Origin: an uncultured Verrucomicrobiae bacterium
Lineage (GTDB): Bacteria; Verrucomicrobiota; Verrucomicrobiia; Chthoniobacterales; JAFAMB01
DNA length: 64,000 nt
Reading direction: 5' to 3'
Assembly (NCBI GenBank): GCA_963837955.1
Contig: CAWIPH010000002.1
Coordinates: forward strand, 4,480,001-4,544,000
The position numbers and the translations under genes are program-made. Shown piece after piece: positions 44,768-54,806 of the stretch. Under the pieces are notes generated by a model, which ran no database searches, was not told where the DNA came from, and saw only the letters and a list, made by a program, of their open reading frames with translations. Numbering within the stretch: the stretch's first letter is position 1; every line of letters begins with the position of its first letter.

Positions 44768-45745
44768 GTGATCGATCCGAGCGAACGCGAACGGCGCATC
44801 GAGATCTTCAGGTTGGTCACGCCTTTGTTCGGGACCGTCCAACCAGCAGCAATGTTGAAGAACACTGAACGGTTCGGGCACATGCTGCATCACTTTGCAG
44901 AAGGCATTTTCAAGCCTCGATGGACAACCCATGCGCTGTCTGTTTCTTCGATGCTGACCAGCCCATATAGCGATCAGATCCAGTATTTGCCCGACCGGAG
45001 CTGGACTTTGGCCTACAGCCCGAAGGCTGGCGGGCTCGAAATCGCCGCGAACCGTGCCCTCATCAATTGCATGGAGGATCACGAACCGCTACTCGTGTTT
45101 CGTCAGATGACAGCCAAAGCGAGCAGTGTTGGCTCGAGCTACCTAATGGCCGGACTCGGAATGATAGAACGATTCGAAGTTGACACTCAGATTTTCAGGA
45201 TCCGGGGACTGCATATGGAAGAGGTTTCTCGTTACCTCTATGGAGCAGAAGAAATCTCTGACGAACTCATCGAAACGGCCCTGCGTTTAGAGAGTCTCGA
45301 GGATTGGACAGCAACGGTTCGAGAAGACAGGGCCATCTATCGAGTTAGTCGCCAGAAACGCGACGCGGCATTTAGGGAAGTCGTTTTGCTAAACTATGGA
45401 TTTACATGTGCCGTTACTGGTCAGCGATTCAGACATGGACCAAACGTTGAAGCAGAAGCAGCACACATTATTGGAAAGGAGGTACTGGGTACTGACGACC
45501 CCCGCAATGGTCTGGCTCTGTCGCGTACAGCGCACTGGGCTTTTGACCAAGGGATATTCACGATTTCAGACCAGTACGAAGTGATCGTTCATAACCAGGC
45601 TAAAGAGACCGACCACGCGTTGTTCCCACTTCTTGAGTCTGGAGCCAAGAAAATCATACTGCCGAATGAGACGTTTTGCTGGCCGCACCAGGAAGCTTTG
45701 GAGTGGCATCGAAAGGAGCGATTCGGAGCGTTCTTGCGCGAGTAA
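44768..45745 (+). CDS. HNH endonuclease with a putative SRA-like N-terminal domain
   Basis: RDAAFR…CAVTG…AAHI…RNGLAL…HWAFDQG HNH domain; N-terminal GIFKP…PYSD…NRALINCM. Confidence 0.75.
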   Translation: MIDPSERERRIEIFRLVTPLFGTVQPAAMLKNTERFGHMLHHFAEGIFKPRWTTHALSVSSMLTSPYSDQIQYLPDRSWTLAYSPKAGGLEIAANRALINCMEDHEPLLVFRQMTAKASSVGSSYLMAGLGMIERFEVDTQIFRIRGLHMEEVSRYLYGAEEISDELIETALRLESLEDWTATVREDRAIYRVSRQKRDAAFREVVLLNYGFTCAVTGQRFRHGPNVEAEAAHIIGKEVLGTDDPRNGLALSRTAHWAFDQGIFTISDQYEVIVHNQAKETDHALFPLLESGAKKIILPNETFCWPHQEALEWHRKERFGAFLRE

Positions 45746-45833
45746 GCCGAGAACTGATTCAGCACAGCGAACAACAAGTCACAGCCAGACCTTCAGCTCT
45801 ACTTTGCTGGGAATTTTGCCGGGATGCGCCTGG

Positions 45834-46002
45834 TCTTCGCTGAAGGATCTGTTAGGTCTACATGCCGCGCATTGCTCTGTATACAATTTGTAAAAAGGCT
45901 TCGCACCAAGGCCCAATTTTCTTTCAACATCGATTCTTAACGGTTGCGTTCGCAGATACCTAGGGACCCCGCATGTTGAATATTTTAGGCGTGACCCCTA
46001 TT
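45834..46002 (+). repeat. Direct repeat, copy 2
   Basis: Aligns by eye with 35948-36075. Confidence 0.8.
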
Positions 46003-46141
46003 ACAGCCCGCTCGCAAGCGTTTGATCTTTTTGGCTGGCCTCGCATCAATCTGGTCGGTCGTGCCATCCATTGAGCCGTTAGTCCTTGGACGACAACTTC
46101 AAGGCGGCTGTTGCTTGTTAAAGACGTGACCCTAGTTTACT

Positions 46142-47068
46142 CTAACCCTCATCGCCTTGAATGAATATAAGCGACCTGCAAGGGGCACTCGTCGGTTCTT
46201 CGAGCACTGGTATTTCGAACATTCCGATGAAAGCCTGAACGACCGGCCCCACCCGCTGCTGTTGCACTGCTCCCGCGAGAACAGACGCCAGCCATCGGCG
46301 AATGGATGAGCGCAGGGCATTGTCATCAGGTGAAGCAACGGATTGATGGTCAATGGGTGTCCCGATTCTCCCCGCGAAAAGCGCCTGTCCGAATGTAAGT
46401 GGGCAGCAGGCCCACTTTTGTTCGTCGAAGTATCCCGTTTTCACCGTGCGCGCTGGAGCTGATGCCGTCAGTTGCACCCGCCCCGGTCTGCTTGGTTTGG
46501 ATGCCAAGACAACGTCGGCGGAAGCGTAAAAAAAGCCGTACTCCCGCGGTGCTGTTCGATGGAAGACGCAAAAGGTTGCTACCGAAGGCAGCAACGCGTC
46601 CTTTAGAAGATTGCTAGGCGGCTGAAATCTCTGAAAACGACCCACCAATGTGGGGCGTCTGTGGAGCAGAAACCATTGGGTGCTATCGCCGTAGAAGCGC
46701 TGATTGATCGATCCAACTCCGTCTGTACACAAACAGGGCGCAACATCTGATCGCTTAGCCTGCAAGAAGGTGATCCGGGCACTTAGTTGGGGACGGCGAC
46801 AAAACCACACAATGCAGAGATCCGCCAATTCGCACTGTGCTACGTTCTTCGTCCACGGCGGACACGTCGGAAAAATCACCTGCGACCGCGTACCATGAAA
46901 CTCTTCCACGAGAAAGCGCGGAGCGGTTGCGAGGATCGCCTTCCGAAGTGCCGAGAAAAGCCGGGTCTCTCGAAAGCTACCCCGGTTCGCAGCGCGCGAG
47001 AACTCGCACCCGAGCGAAGCGCCGAAGTCCTGTGCCAGTGAATTGTTGATCACCTTACTCCGCCTCAA
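46142..47068 (-). CDS. Hypothetical protein, possible restriction-endonuclease fold
   Basis: CELADL…FLQAKR resembles a PD-(D/E/Q)XK core. Confidence 0.5.
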   Translation of the reverse strand: MRRSKVINNSLAQDFGASLGCEFSRAANRGSFRETRLFSALRKAILATAPRFLVEEFHGTRSQVIFPTCPPWTKNVAQCELADLCIVWFCRRPQLSARITFLQAKRSDVAPCLCTDGVGSINQRFYGDSTQWFLLHRRPTLVGRFQRFQPPSNLLKDALLPSVATFCVFHRTAPREYGFFYASADVVLASKPSRPGRVQLTASAPARTVKTGYFDEQKWACCPLTFGQALFAGRIGTPIDHQSVASPDDNALRSSIRRWLASVLAGAVQQQRVGPVVQAFIGMFEIPVLEEPTSAPCRSLIFIQGDEG

Positions 47069-47188
47069 AGTTGCCGCTCACGCAGTTAAACCCTTTTAGC
47101 CGACTAGCCTTTTTTCTTTCGGCGGTATGCAGCTTATCGATTTGCTTCAGAAAAAAGACCATTGTAAGACTCAAAGCCCCAGGTACGA

Positions 47189-49543
47189 TTACAAATCGCT
47201 TCTTATGTCCAGGCCTGCCCAAAACGCCGGGTTGACCCTATATACAAGTTCTGTTGAGCGACGGGCATCTCGGAGCGCGAGTAGCTTCTTCATCTCGTAG
47301 TTAACATCATAGATATAAGTCGTGTTGCCATCCTCCCTAAGGATGCCCAGGAACGCGTACCAAAGCAAAAGCACGGTTAACTGTTCATGAGAGGTTGATC
47401 GCGGTCCCAGGCGGGCTAAATAAGTGTCCAGTTGGGCATTGTCGAGGAGGCTCGGAGCTTCGATGAACGCATAAAGCGAATCTGAAGCTTCGGGATTTAC
47501 ATCCTGGATTTCAAGATCGATTTGATTAATGAGGTCAGTCGAGTAAGCACGTTCGCCGAGTTTAAAATCTTCTTCGAGAATTTTCGCGTGCCGCAAATTA
47601 ACTGCGTGCGCTTTTGCGTGACTAAGTATATCGATTAACGCCCTCGGCCTCATCAGGCAGCGGTTGAGGATGTAAGCTGATGACTCCTGTCCACGAAAAA
47701 TGTGCGTCTCAGCAAGGTTACGCCAGATTGTTTCGAAATCAGCCTCTTTATCTCCGACGCTGAGAATGAATCTACGACGCAGCAGTTCCTTCAGAAGACC
47801 CGGATCAGTCCAATCCAGCGCAATTTTCGACATTTTTCCACGATCCGGTAAGGACGCTACTAACAATTCATAGACATCATTCCGGATAAAGGTAACAGTC
47901 TTACACGATATGGATGCTCTACCCAATTCATTTCGCAGCTTGGAAAATGCATCTATAAGACAGCGAAGAATCAGCAAATCTTCTGAGTCGATTCCGTGTG
48001 CGTGCCACCCTTTGTCTATGTTATCAAAGAGGATCCATAGACCTTTTTTTAGACTTAGATATTCAGTCGTGACATCACGAAGTCGTTTTATATCATGCAG
48101 GTAGAGCAGTTCGGTAATTTGATCACGGCCAAGGAAAAGGGGCTTTTGTCCGGGAGCTGCTCGTGTTTGGAAGGCATCCTCAATGCTTTCAGTAAGCTTG
48201 AGCATTCTTTCGGCAAAATCGCCTTGAGCGTCGAAATTCGCACCCCCGTAAGCTGCCTCCACCTTCTTGTAATGATCTCGCAGAACATGATTGTGGATGT
48301 AGATACCGCGATCCCTCTCTAGGAGCTTGTGTGCGATCTCAAGCAGAAACAAATACTCCCAGAACGCAGTTACCGTGTGCTCTCTCGTCCCCTGCTCCAA
48401 GTGCTGCAAAACGATGCTTTTAAATTTCTGCAACTGGAATCCTTCGGGATTTAAAGCCAACACGATATTCTGCCTGTCCCGCTCAAGTCGGTCTCGCGCT
48501 TGAAAAAACAGAGCTGTCTTCCCAGACCCCTTTCGACCCGCCACGACACTTATATCACCATTAAGAAGCCGACCAAATTCTTCTGTCTGTAAATAATAGG
48601 ACGACAAATGCGCTATCTCGTTCTCAGCAGCACTCTGCCCGAGGAACAGGTCAGATAGCGGACTGCTTGATTCCGAAAGTACAAAATCATCCTCTTCCTG
48701 CAGACGTTTCGTTATGCGAGGTGCAAACTGAGCTACGATGCGGTCGATCGACTCCAATGACCCGAAGATCGAAACCTGGTCTCGAAGATCGATCGGAACA
48801 GGCTCCGTCGAGCCGGCCTGCAACAAAAGAGTCTCCTTCTCGAGCGCGTGAGCGAGGCCAGCAACAAATGCACATCGCAGGTTATGAGCAACAGCGTCGG
48901 ATCGATTGGCGGGCAAAAGAGGAAGGATTACTCCGATCGATTGCCACACATTCTCAATAGCCGAACGGGCGGACAGCCGGGCGTTTTCTATCGGATCAAA
49001 AGAGCGAAAATAAATCCCACCGGTGGTCTGAACGCGCGACAATATTCGGATCTCGGCCTCTGCCTTCTCTCGCGGAGTCACGATGTAAACTGGCACTCGT
49101 TTGTTTAGAGAAGAGTTGGGAAGGGGTATCGGAGCCAAAGAGTTAATGTTGGCTATCAGCTTCGCGAATTCCTCCGAGTTTGCATAGGTTTCCACTCCCA
49201 GGGTATCAAAAATACCCACTTCTCGTATGAGGGCTTCGTCCCTAATGAGGCTCCTATCGCGGACCAAGACGGCTCTTTTTCCGCTCCCGATTGCATAACC
49301 TATCTCGTAGATCACATTAAAATTCAGATGGGTCACATCTGCGACTAAGAGACTGGTTCCCTTTATGCTTTCGAGGATAGGATCCGTTAAGCAATGACCA
49401 GCGATGTCGTTGCTTTCCCACGGACTGAGGACAAAGCTTCCTTTTTGCGCTAGCAGCTTTTTACAGCCAGCTCTGATTGAATCACCTATTTGTTTCGGAG
49501 CTGATGGATACGCAACGAAGGCGGTTAGCTCACTCAAAGACAT
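47189..49543 (-). CDS. Large P-loop ATPase with N-terminal NDT/TIR-like domain(s)
   Basis: ADVTHLNFNVIYEIGYAIG N-terminal motif; Walker A GRKGSGKT; Walker B ILFDNID; MRPR motif. Confidence 0.75.
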   Translation of the reverse strand: MSLSELTAFVAYPSAPKQIGDSIRAGCKKLLAQKGSFVLSPWESNDIAGHCLTDPILESIKGTSLLVADVTHLNFNVIYEIGYAIGSGKRAVLVRDRSLIRDEALIREVGIFDTLGVETYANSEEFAKLIANINSLAPIPLPNSSLNKRVPVYIVTPREKAEAEIRILSRVQTTGGIYFRSFDPIENARLSARSAIENVWQSIGVILPLLPANRSDAVAHNLRCAFVAGLAHALEKETLLLQAGSTEPVPIDLRDQVSIFGSLESIDRIVAQFAPRITKRLQEEDDFVLSESSSPLSDLFLGQSAAENEIAHLSSYYLQTEEFGRLLNGDISVVAGRKGSGKTALFFQARDRLERDRQNIVLALNPEGFQLQKFKSIVLQHLEQGTREHTVTAFWEYLFLLEIAHKLLERDRGIYIHNHVLRDHYKKVEAAYGGANFDAQGDFAERMLKLTESIEDAFQTRAAPGQKPLFLGRDQITELLYLHDIKRLRDVTTEYLSLKKGLWILFDNIDKGWHAHGIDSEDLLILRCLIDAFSKLRNELGRASISCKTVTFIRNDVYELLVASLPDRGKMSKIALDWTDPGLLKELLRRRFILSVGDKEADFETIWRNLAETHIFRGQESSAYILNRCLMRPRALIDILSHAKAHAVNLRHAKILEEDFKLGERAYSTDLINQIDLEIQDVNPEASDSLYAFIEAPSLLDNAQLDTYLARLGPRSTSHEQLTVLLLWYAFLGILREDGNTTYIYDVNYEMKKLLALRDARRSTELVYRVNPAFWAGLDIRSDL

Positions 49544-49897
49544 ACGATCACCTTACCGAATCATACGAAAAAAAAACAACTGATCTTTGCAAAAGCTCGC
49601 GAGGATACGGCCGAGAAATCAGAAATAGGGTCAAAACCTAAAACGTTCGAAATTACTCGTGCCGACTAAGCTTTAGGGTCAGGTCTTAAAAGATTCTCCG
49701 TATGCGCCTGTTTTCTATGATCTCGTCGTTTCCCGGGCTGAGCGACCTCTTACGCTCCTTCCTCCTTCGCAAGGCCTTCGGCGGGACAAGTCAGAGCGAC
49801 ACGCGTTATTGATCTAACCCAGGGTTACGCAAAGCCTCGGGCGAAGCGCATGACAAATGGCAAATAGCAGACAGCAAATGAAGGCCTGACGGACCCC

Positions 49898-50605
49898 TTA
49901 CTTCCGCAGCCTGGTGATCGTTGGTGTCGGATCGCCTTGCCACCGAAACTGGAAGTGAGCCGCCGGGCGAACATTCAGGACCAGTAGGGGCCGGAAACAG
50001 GCAATGCAGTGGCTTCCTGGGTGCCGAACGCTCCTGTAGAGTAGGCCGTTAGAACCGCTTTCAAACAACTGCCGAGCGAAAGTTTGAGAGGCTGTGTAGC
50101 TATCAGGATCGTAGTACGGCCGAAAGCGCCGATCGTTCGGGCGTATATCATGGAAATCATTGCGAAAATCCGCCACGTATTCTCGCATTTCCAAACGAGC
50201 GTCCGAAATGCCAACTTCCCGTAGCTCTTTTCCCCGGTGATAAATAATTTCTGACTGGGCTGCTGCCAGATCGAAGGCGGCGTACCAGGCGCCTCGATCC
50301 GGGCCGCTGAATCTGGCACCCTTTGGTGCGGGATGGCAGAAAGCAGCCATGATTACCGTTGCTTGTGGTCGGCCGGTAACCCACTCGTTGCGCGGAACGT
50401 TTTGGATCACGCCGAGCTCGGCCGATATCCGATCGTTTGTCCAGCTTTCCAGTTCAAAGAGTAACTGGAGATCTTCGGGCGATGCTACCTCGTCGAAGAG
50501 TCCCACCGGCGGGTATCGGCTTGGAATTAACCGGTGAGTGTTACGGAGCTCAACCCGAGCGAGAGCGGGACGTTCTTTAATTCCAACCACCTCTGCGGCT
50601 GTCAA
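49898..50605 (-). CDS. RES-domain toxin (NAD+ phosphorylase family)
   Basis: HRLIPSRYP, RFS…GAWYAA, E..YH and YRSVR motifs; true start probably near 50590. Confidence 0.88.
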   Translation of the reverse strand: MTAAEVVGIKERPALARVELRNTHRLIPSRYPPVGLFDEVASPEDLQLLFELESWTNDRISAELGVIQNVPRNEWVTGRPQATVIMAAFCHPAPKGARFSGPDRGAWYAAFDLAAAQSEIIYHRGKELREVGISDARLEMREYVADFRNDFHDIRPNDRRFRPYYDPDSYTASQTFARQLFESGSNGLLYRSVRHPGSHCIACFRPLLVLNVRPAAHFQFRWQGDPTPTITRLRK

Positions 50606-51026
50606 GAAGACGCCTTACTTGGTAAAGCCCATCAATGTCTCCGCCGGTTAGGCGCGTGATGGCCGGCTTCCCTCCAAATAATGGATTGGAATTAGGGAGC
50701 TTTAGCCAGGTGTCAGCTAGCTCGGCGTCGGGATAGAGAATATGCAAGGCTTTGTAAATACCCAAAACAAGCGAGATTCGCGTCAGAATGTCGAATGTGA
50801 GCATCCCAACGTCTCCGGCTTTATATTTATGGAACGTCGAGGCTGCAGGCCATCCGAGCAATGCTCGCTGTTCATCGACGGTTAATTTCCATGTCCTAGC
50901 GATGTTCAGAAAAGCCCTCATCGCCGCCGGTGAAATCCTTTTGCGCACCTCTGGGCTGTGGCGCTCTCCGGGAGCGATCGACGGCTGCTCGAGAATGTCA
51001 GGTGAAATGATGTTTTTGCTAGGCAT
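50577..51026 (-). CDS. Xre/MbcA/ParS-type antitoxin
   Basis: RISLVLGIYKALHIL…PNSNPLFGG..P…VRRLLD; overlaps the RES gene. Confidence 0.88.
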   Translation of the reverse strand: MPSKNIISPDILEQPSIAPGERHSPEVRKRISPAAMRAFLNIARTWKLTVDEQRALLGWPAASTFHKYKAGDVGMLTFDILTRISLVLGIYKALHILYPDAELADTWLKLPNSNPLFGGKPAITRLTGGDIDGLYQVRRLLDSRRGGWN

Positions 51027-51040
51027 GTCCGGTGCCTCTT

Positions 51041-51079
51041 TCTATATATGGATAGTACGCTCCATATGTAGAGTGTCAA
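51041..51079 (-). promoter_or_regulatory. Probable xre-res promoter with an inverted-repeat operator
   Basis: Minus strand TTGACA-N16-TACTAT overlapping the inverted repeat TCTATATATGGA / TCCATATGTAGA. Confidence 0.6.
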
Positions 51080-51139
51080 GATAGATTGCCGGCGAAAGCG
51101 CATAGCAAATAGCAGATAGCGGATGCGAGACTAGGAGAA

Positions 51140-51670
51140 TTGAGTCCGGTGCGCTATCCTGCGCGAGCCGACTTCATCAACGCATTTCGATTCGGGATCG
51201 GTATGCATATAGATCTGCTAGAGTTCATCGGCTTGGTCGTCACTGGGTTCACCTCTTGTGCGGAGTTTGGTTCTTACGCCTTCGTGCATCCGGTGATTCG
51301 CCGTTTGCCACGGGAACAGCATCTCAGTGTCGAAAAAGGTCTGCTCAAGACGTTCGGACGTGTGATGCCTGTGCTGATGACACTTTGTGTCGTCCTTTCG
51401 TTCGCTTACGCCATACAGTTGCGAACGGTGCAGGGTATGGCAGGCATTGTTCGTTGGGCGGCGGCGCTCGTCTACCTGGCTGCGCTTGTCTCGACCTTGA
51501 TTTTCAATGTCCCAATTAACTTGGCGACCGGGCGATGGGACCCTCAAAATCCTCCGCCTAATTGGAAACAAACGCGCAATCGCTGGGAGTTCTTTCAAGG
51601 GCTTCGCTCCTGGCTGCTGTTGATCGGCTTTGTTCTTCTGTGTCTCGCGGTGGCGGCGCGAAGCCCATGA
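51140..51670 (+). CDS. DUF1772 / anthrone-oxygenase-family membrane protein
   Basis: NVPIN…W…W..TRNRW..F..LR pattern; 4 transmembrane segments; start likely MHIDLL. Confidence 0.75.
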   Translation: MSPVRYPARADFINAFRFGIGMHIDLLEFIGLVVTGFTSCAEFGSYAFVHPVIRRLPREQHLSVEKGLLKTFGRVMPVLMTLCVVLSFAYAIQLRTVQGMAGIVRWAAALVYLAALVSTLIFNVPINLATGRWDPQNPPPNWKQTRNRWEFFQGLRSWLLLIGFVLLCLAVAARSP

Positions 51671-52163
51671 CAAATTTGATCTCACGCAAAGACGCAAAGG
51701 CGCCAAGAAAGGACAAGAGAACTTCCTTAGGTAGGGAATTGGAAATCAATGGTCATCAAGGAATCCCATCCTTTGCTACCTTCTGCTGCCTTCTGTTTAA
51801 AAAGTCTCCTTTGCGCCTTGGCGTCTTTGCGTGAGATCTTTCTTCGGTCTCGTCATTTTCTGACGCTCCTTCAGAGCGGCTTGTTTTTGGATCTGACCCA
51901 GGGTTTCGCAAAACCCCGGGGCGAGTCGCATGACAAATGACAAATGACAGATGACAAATTGATGAGAAGCCGGAATTCAGAAGCTGGTAGTCTAGACTTT
52001 GCTTCCCGTTCGGCTGCGCTCAGGTGGAAGCCTTTGTTAAGTTTTGTTTAAAATCCGTCTTGGCGCCTTTGCGTCTTTGCGTGAGATCTTTCTTCCGGGC
52101 ACGCTTCGTTTGCGCCGTACGTCCCTTGCAAAAGTCCGGAGCCTCAACTATGGAGTCGTCCGA

Positions 52164-52949
52164 ATGAAGCGTCTGCTACAAGCGGTCGGCCGGGACGGTC
52201 TGGCGGCCGTCGCTGGTTTTGGCGACTTCGCCCTGTTCCTGTCACGTGCGGTTACCGGGGCACTCGTTACCCGCCAATTGGGACGGCGTTGGCTGCGCGC
52301 AGTCCATGAACAGGGCGTTCGCTGCATACCGGTAGTGACAATAGTTGGATTGTTTGCTGGACTCGTACTCGGGCTGCAAGGTTATTACGTTCTCACCCGT
52401 TTCGGGTCGGCGGGACTGCTGGGAACATTTGTCTCGCTGACGCTAACGCGGGAGCTGGCTCCGGTGCTTGCCGCCCTGGTGATCGTCGGCCAAGCCGGTT
52501 CTGCCATGGCAGCGGAAATCGGTATTCATCGCAATAGCGAACAAATCGACGCTCTCGTCACCATGGGAATCGATCCGCTCGGCTATCTGATCACCCCCCG
52601 CCTATTCGCTGCGCTGATCGTCTTTCCGATTCTGACAGTGGCTTTTACCTTAGTGGGATTGGCCGGCGGATATCTCTCTGGCTCGGCATTGCTCGGGTTG
52701 GATGGCGGCGTTTACTGGTCGGCGGTTCATTCGGCGATTCGGCCGGCCGACGTTCGCGAGTGCATCTTAAAGGCGCTTATTTTCGGCTTGATCACGATGG
52801 CGATCTGCTGCCATAGCGGCTTCACGACCCATCGCCGCACCGGAGTTAGCGGGTCGCGGGCGGTGAGTGTCTCGACCACCAGGGCAGTCGTCTTGGCGAG
52901 TGTTGCCACGTTAGCGGCCGATTACTTGATCACATCTTTTCTGGTATGA
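52164..52949 (+). CDS. mlaE: MlaE ABC permease
   Basis: RELAPVL and AAEIG…EQIDAL..MGIDP motifs. Confidence 0.9.
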   Translation: MKRLLQAVGRDGLAAVAGFGDFALFLSRAVTGALVTRQLGRRWLRAVHEQGVRCIPVVTIVGLFAGLVLGLQGYYVLTRFGSAGLLGTFVSLTLTRELAPVLAALVIVGQAGSAMAAEIGIHRNSEQIDALVTMGIDPLGYLITPRLFAALIVFPILTVAFTLVGLAGGYLSGSALLGLDGGVYWSAVHSAIRPADVRECILKALIFGLITMAICCHSGFTTHRRTGVSGSRAVSVSTTRAVVLASVATLAADYLITSFLV

Positions 52950-53704
52950 GTCGCCCGTCGCTTCCACCCATCCTGGAGGTCCACGGTCTCCGTAAGCATT
53001 TTGACGAGCACCTGGTATTAGACTCCGTGAACCTGCTGGTACCTCGGGGCTGCATTGTTTCCGTGCTGGGAAAGAGCGGGGCAGGAAAATCAGTTCTTCT
53101 GAAATGTCTCGCCGGTCTGCTGACGCCCGATGCCGGCGAGGTCCGCTTTGAGAATGGACTGCTGAATGGGGTTCGCCGGCGCAGCAGCTATTTGTTTCAA
53201 GCCAACGCTCTATTCGACTCGATGACAGCGCTGGAAAACGTCGCGCTGCCCCTGGAGCAAACAAGCCGGTTACGGAGCCGGGAGATCGCGCAGGCCGCCC
53301 GCGATGCATTAAAGAACCTCGGACTAGAAAAATTTGCGGATCATTTTCCTGCGCAGTTGTCCGGAGGAATGCAAAAACGTCTCGCGCTTGCTCGGTCGCT
53401 GGTAATGCGTCCCGAACTGGTGCTTTTCGATGAACCGACAGCTGGGCTCGATCCGCTCGCCCGCAACGCCGTTTTCGAAATGATCGCCCAATATAGGCAG
53501 CAATTTGATTTCACGGCGGTCGTAGTGACGCATGATGTCCCCGAAGCGCTCTCAGCCAGTGATCGCGTCGCCTTGCTCGAAGATGGCCGGATCTGTTTTG
53601 AGGGAACTCCGGCCGAGTTCGTCGCATCCAGCGATCGCATTGTGCTAAGCTGGCAACAATATTCTCGCGGTCCGGACCAGCCTCAACCAATAGCCCGTTC
53701 CTAA
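52946..53704 (+). CDS. mlaF: MlaF ABC ATPase
   Basis: GKSGAGKS, LSGGMQKR and DEPTAGLDP motifs; operon context. Confidence 0.88.
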   Translation: MSRPSLPPILEVHGLRKHFDEHLVLDSVNLLVPRGCIVSVLGKSGAGKSVLLKCLAGLLTPDAGEVRFENGLLNGVRRRSSYLFQANALFDSMTALENVALPLEQTSRLRSREIAQAARDALKNLGLEKFADHFPAQLSGGMQKRLALARSLVMRPELVLFDEPTAGLDPLARNAVFEMIAQYRQQFDFTAVVVTHDVPEALSASDRVALLEDGRICFEGTPAEFVASSDRIVLSWQQYSRGPDQPQPIARS

Positions 53705-54184
53705 ATGAAGCAATCCAACATCGAACTGTCGGTCGGTGCCTTTGTTCTCCTGGGCATCGCCGCCATTGTCTGGTTTGCCATGCAGGCAGGCGCAGGCGTG
53801 GCCATTGGTGGCTCTACCTACGAAGTGAACGCAAGATTCGCGAACGTCGGCGGACTCAGACCCGGAAACCAAGTTTTCATAGCGGGTGTGCCAGTCGGAC
53901 GCGTAGAAAAGATCGACCTCAATTCCCAATATGCCGCCATCGTCCATATGAACGTAAGGGAAGATGTGCGCCTGCCCTCTGATACCATCGCGTCGGTCAA
54001 AACCAGCGGGCTGATCGGTGACAAGTTCATCGCGCTCGCCCCAGGCGCCGACAGTAGAAATCTGGCACCTGGTGGTATGATTACTGACACCGAATCGGCC
54101 ATGGATCTGGAATCGCTCATCAGGCGTTTCGCGTTCGGCAATGTTTCGCCGTCACCTGCGCCCTCCCCATCAGAGCCAAAATAA
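53705..54184 (+). CDS. mlaD: MlaD MCE protein
   Basis: FANVGGL…AGVPVGRV…TSGLIGDKFI motifs. Confidence 0.9.
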   Translation: MKQSNIELSVGAFVLLGIAAIVWFAMQAGAGVAIGGSTYEVNARFANVGGLRPGNQVFIAGVPVGRVEKIDLNSQYAAIVHMNVREDVRLPSDTIASVKTSGLIGDKFIALAPGADSRNLAPGGMITDTESAMDLESLIRRFAFGNVSPSPAPSPSEPK

Positions 54185-54188
54185 AGTC

Positions 54189-54806
54189 ATGCTTCTCCAT
54201 CGTTTCATTCTGAGATGCGCTCTTGTGCTGCTGTTCCTTGGCGCTGGGCAACTTTCCGGCGCGGCGTCCAGTGACGACGCCGCGACCACGCTCCGCAGCT
54301 CCGTTGAGGAAGTTCTCTCAATTGCTTACTCCGGGCACGCGAACGAAGCCCTGGCCACGCGAGTGCGACCAGCACTGGAAAAATGCTTTGCTTTTGACAT
54401 TGTCACCCGCCAAGCCATGGGCCCCGGCTGGCGCCAATTTTCCACAACCGACCAAAAACGGGTGACTGATCTTTTCAGTGAACTGATGATCCGGACCTAC
54501 TCCGCTCGCGTGGTTGGAACGCAGCGACCAAAAATTGTGTTTGGTTCGCCTGTGGCAATTGCGGCTGACCGTTGCGAAATTCCCACCCGCGTCACTACCG
54601 CCTCCAGCAACGACCCAACCGCGGTCGTCTATCGTATGATCAAACTTCCGGCTGGCTGGCGAATTTACGACGTCCTGATCGAAGGCGTCAGTTTCGTCGC
54701 CAACTACCGTGCGCAATTCGACGAACTTATTCAAAAAGGCGGCGCCGTCGCCGCCATCCGGACCCTCGAAGCAAAGCTCGCCCAACCCGTACCATCCAAC
54801 TCGTGA
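54189..54806 (+). CDS. mlaC: MlaC phospholipid-binding protein
   Basis: WRIYDVLIEGVSFVANYRAQF motif. Confidence 0.9.
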   Translation: MLLHRFILRCALVLLFLGAGQLSGAASSDDAATTLRSSVEEVLSIAYSGHANEALATRVRPALEKCFAFDIVTRQAMGPGWRQFSTTDQKRVTDLFSELMIRTYSARVVGTQRPKIVFGSPVAIAADRCEIPTRVTTASSNDPTAVVYRMIKLPAGWRIYDVLIEGVSFVANYRAQFDELIQKGGAVAAIRTLEAKLAQPVPSNS

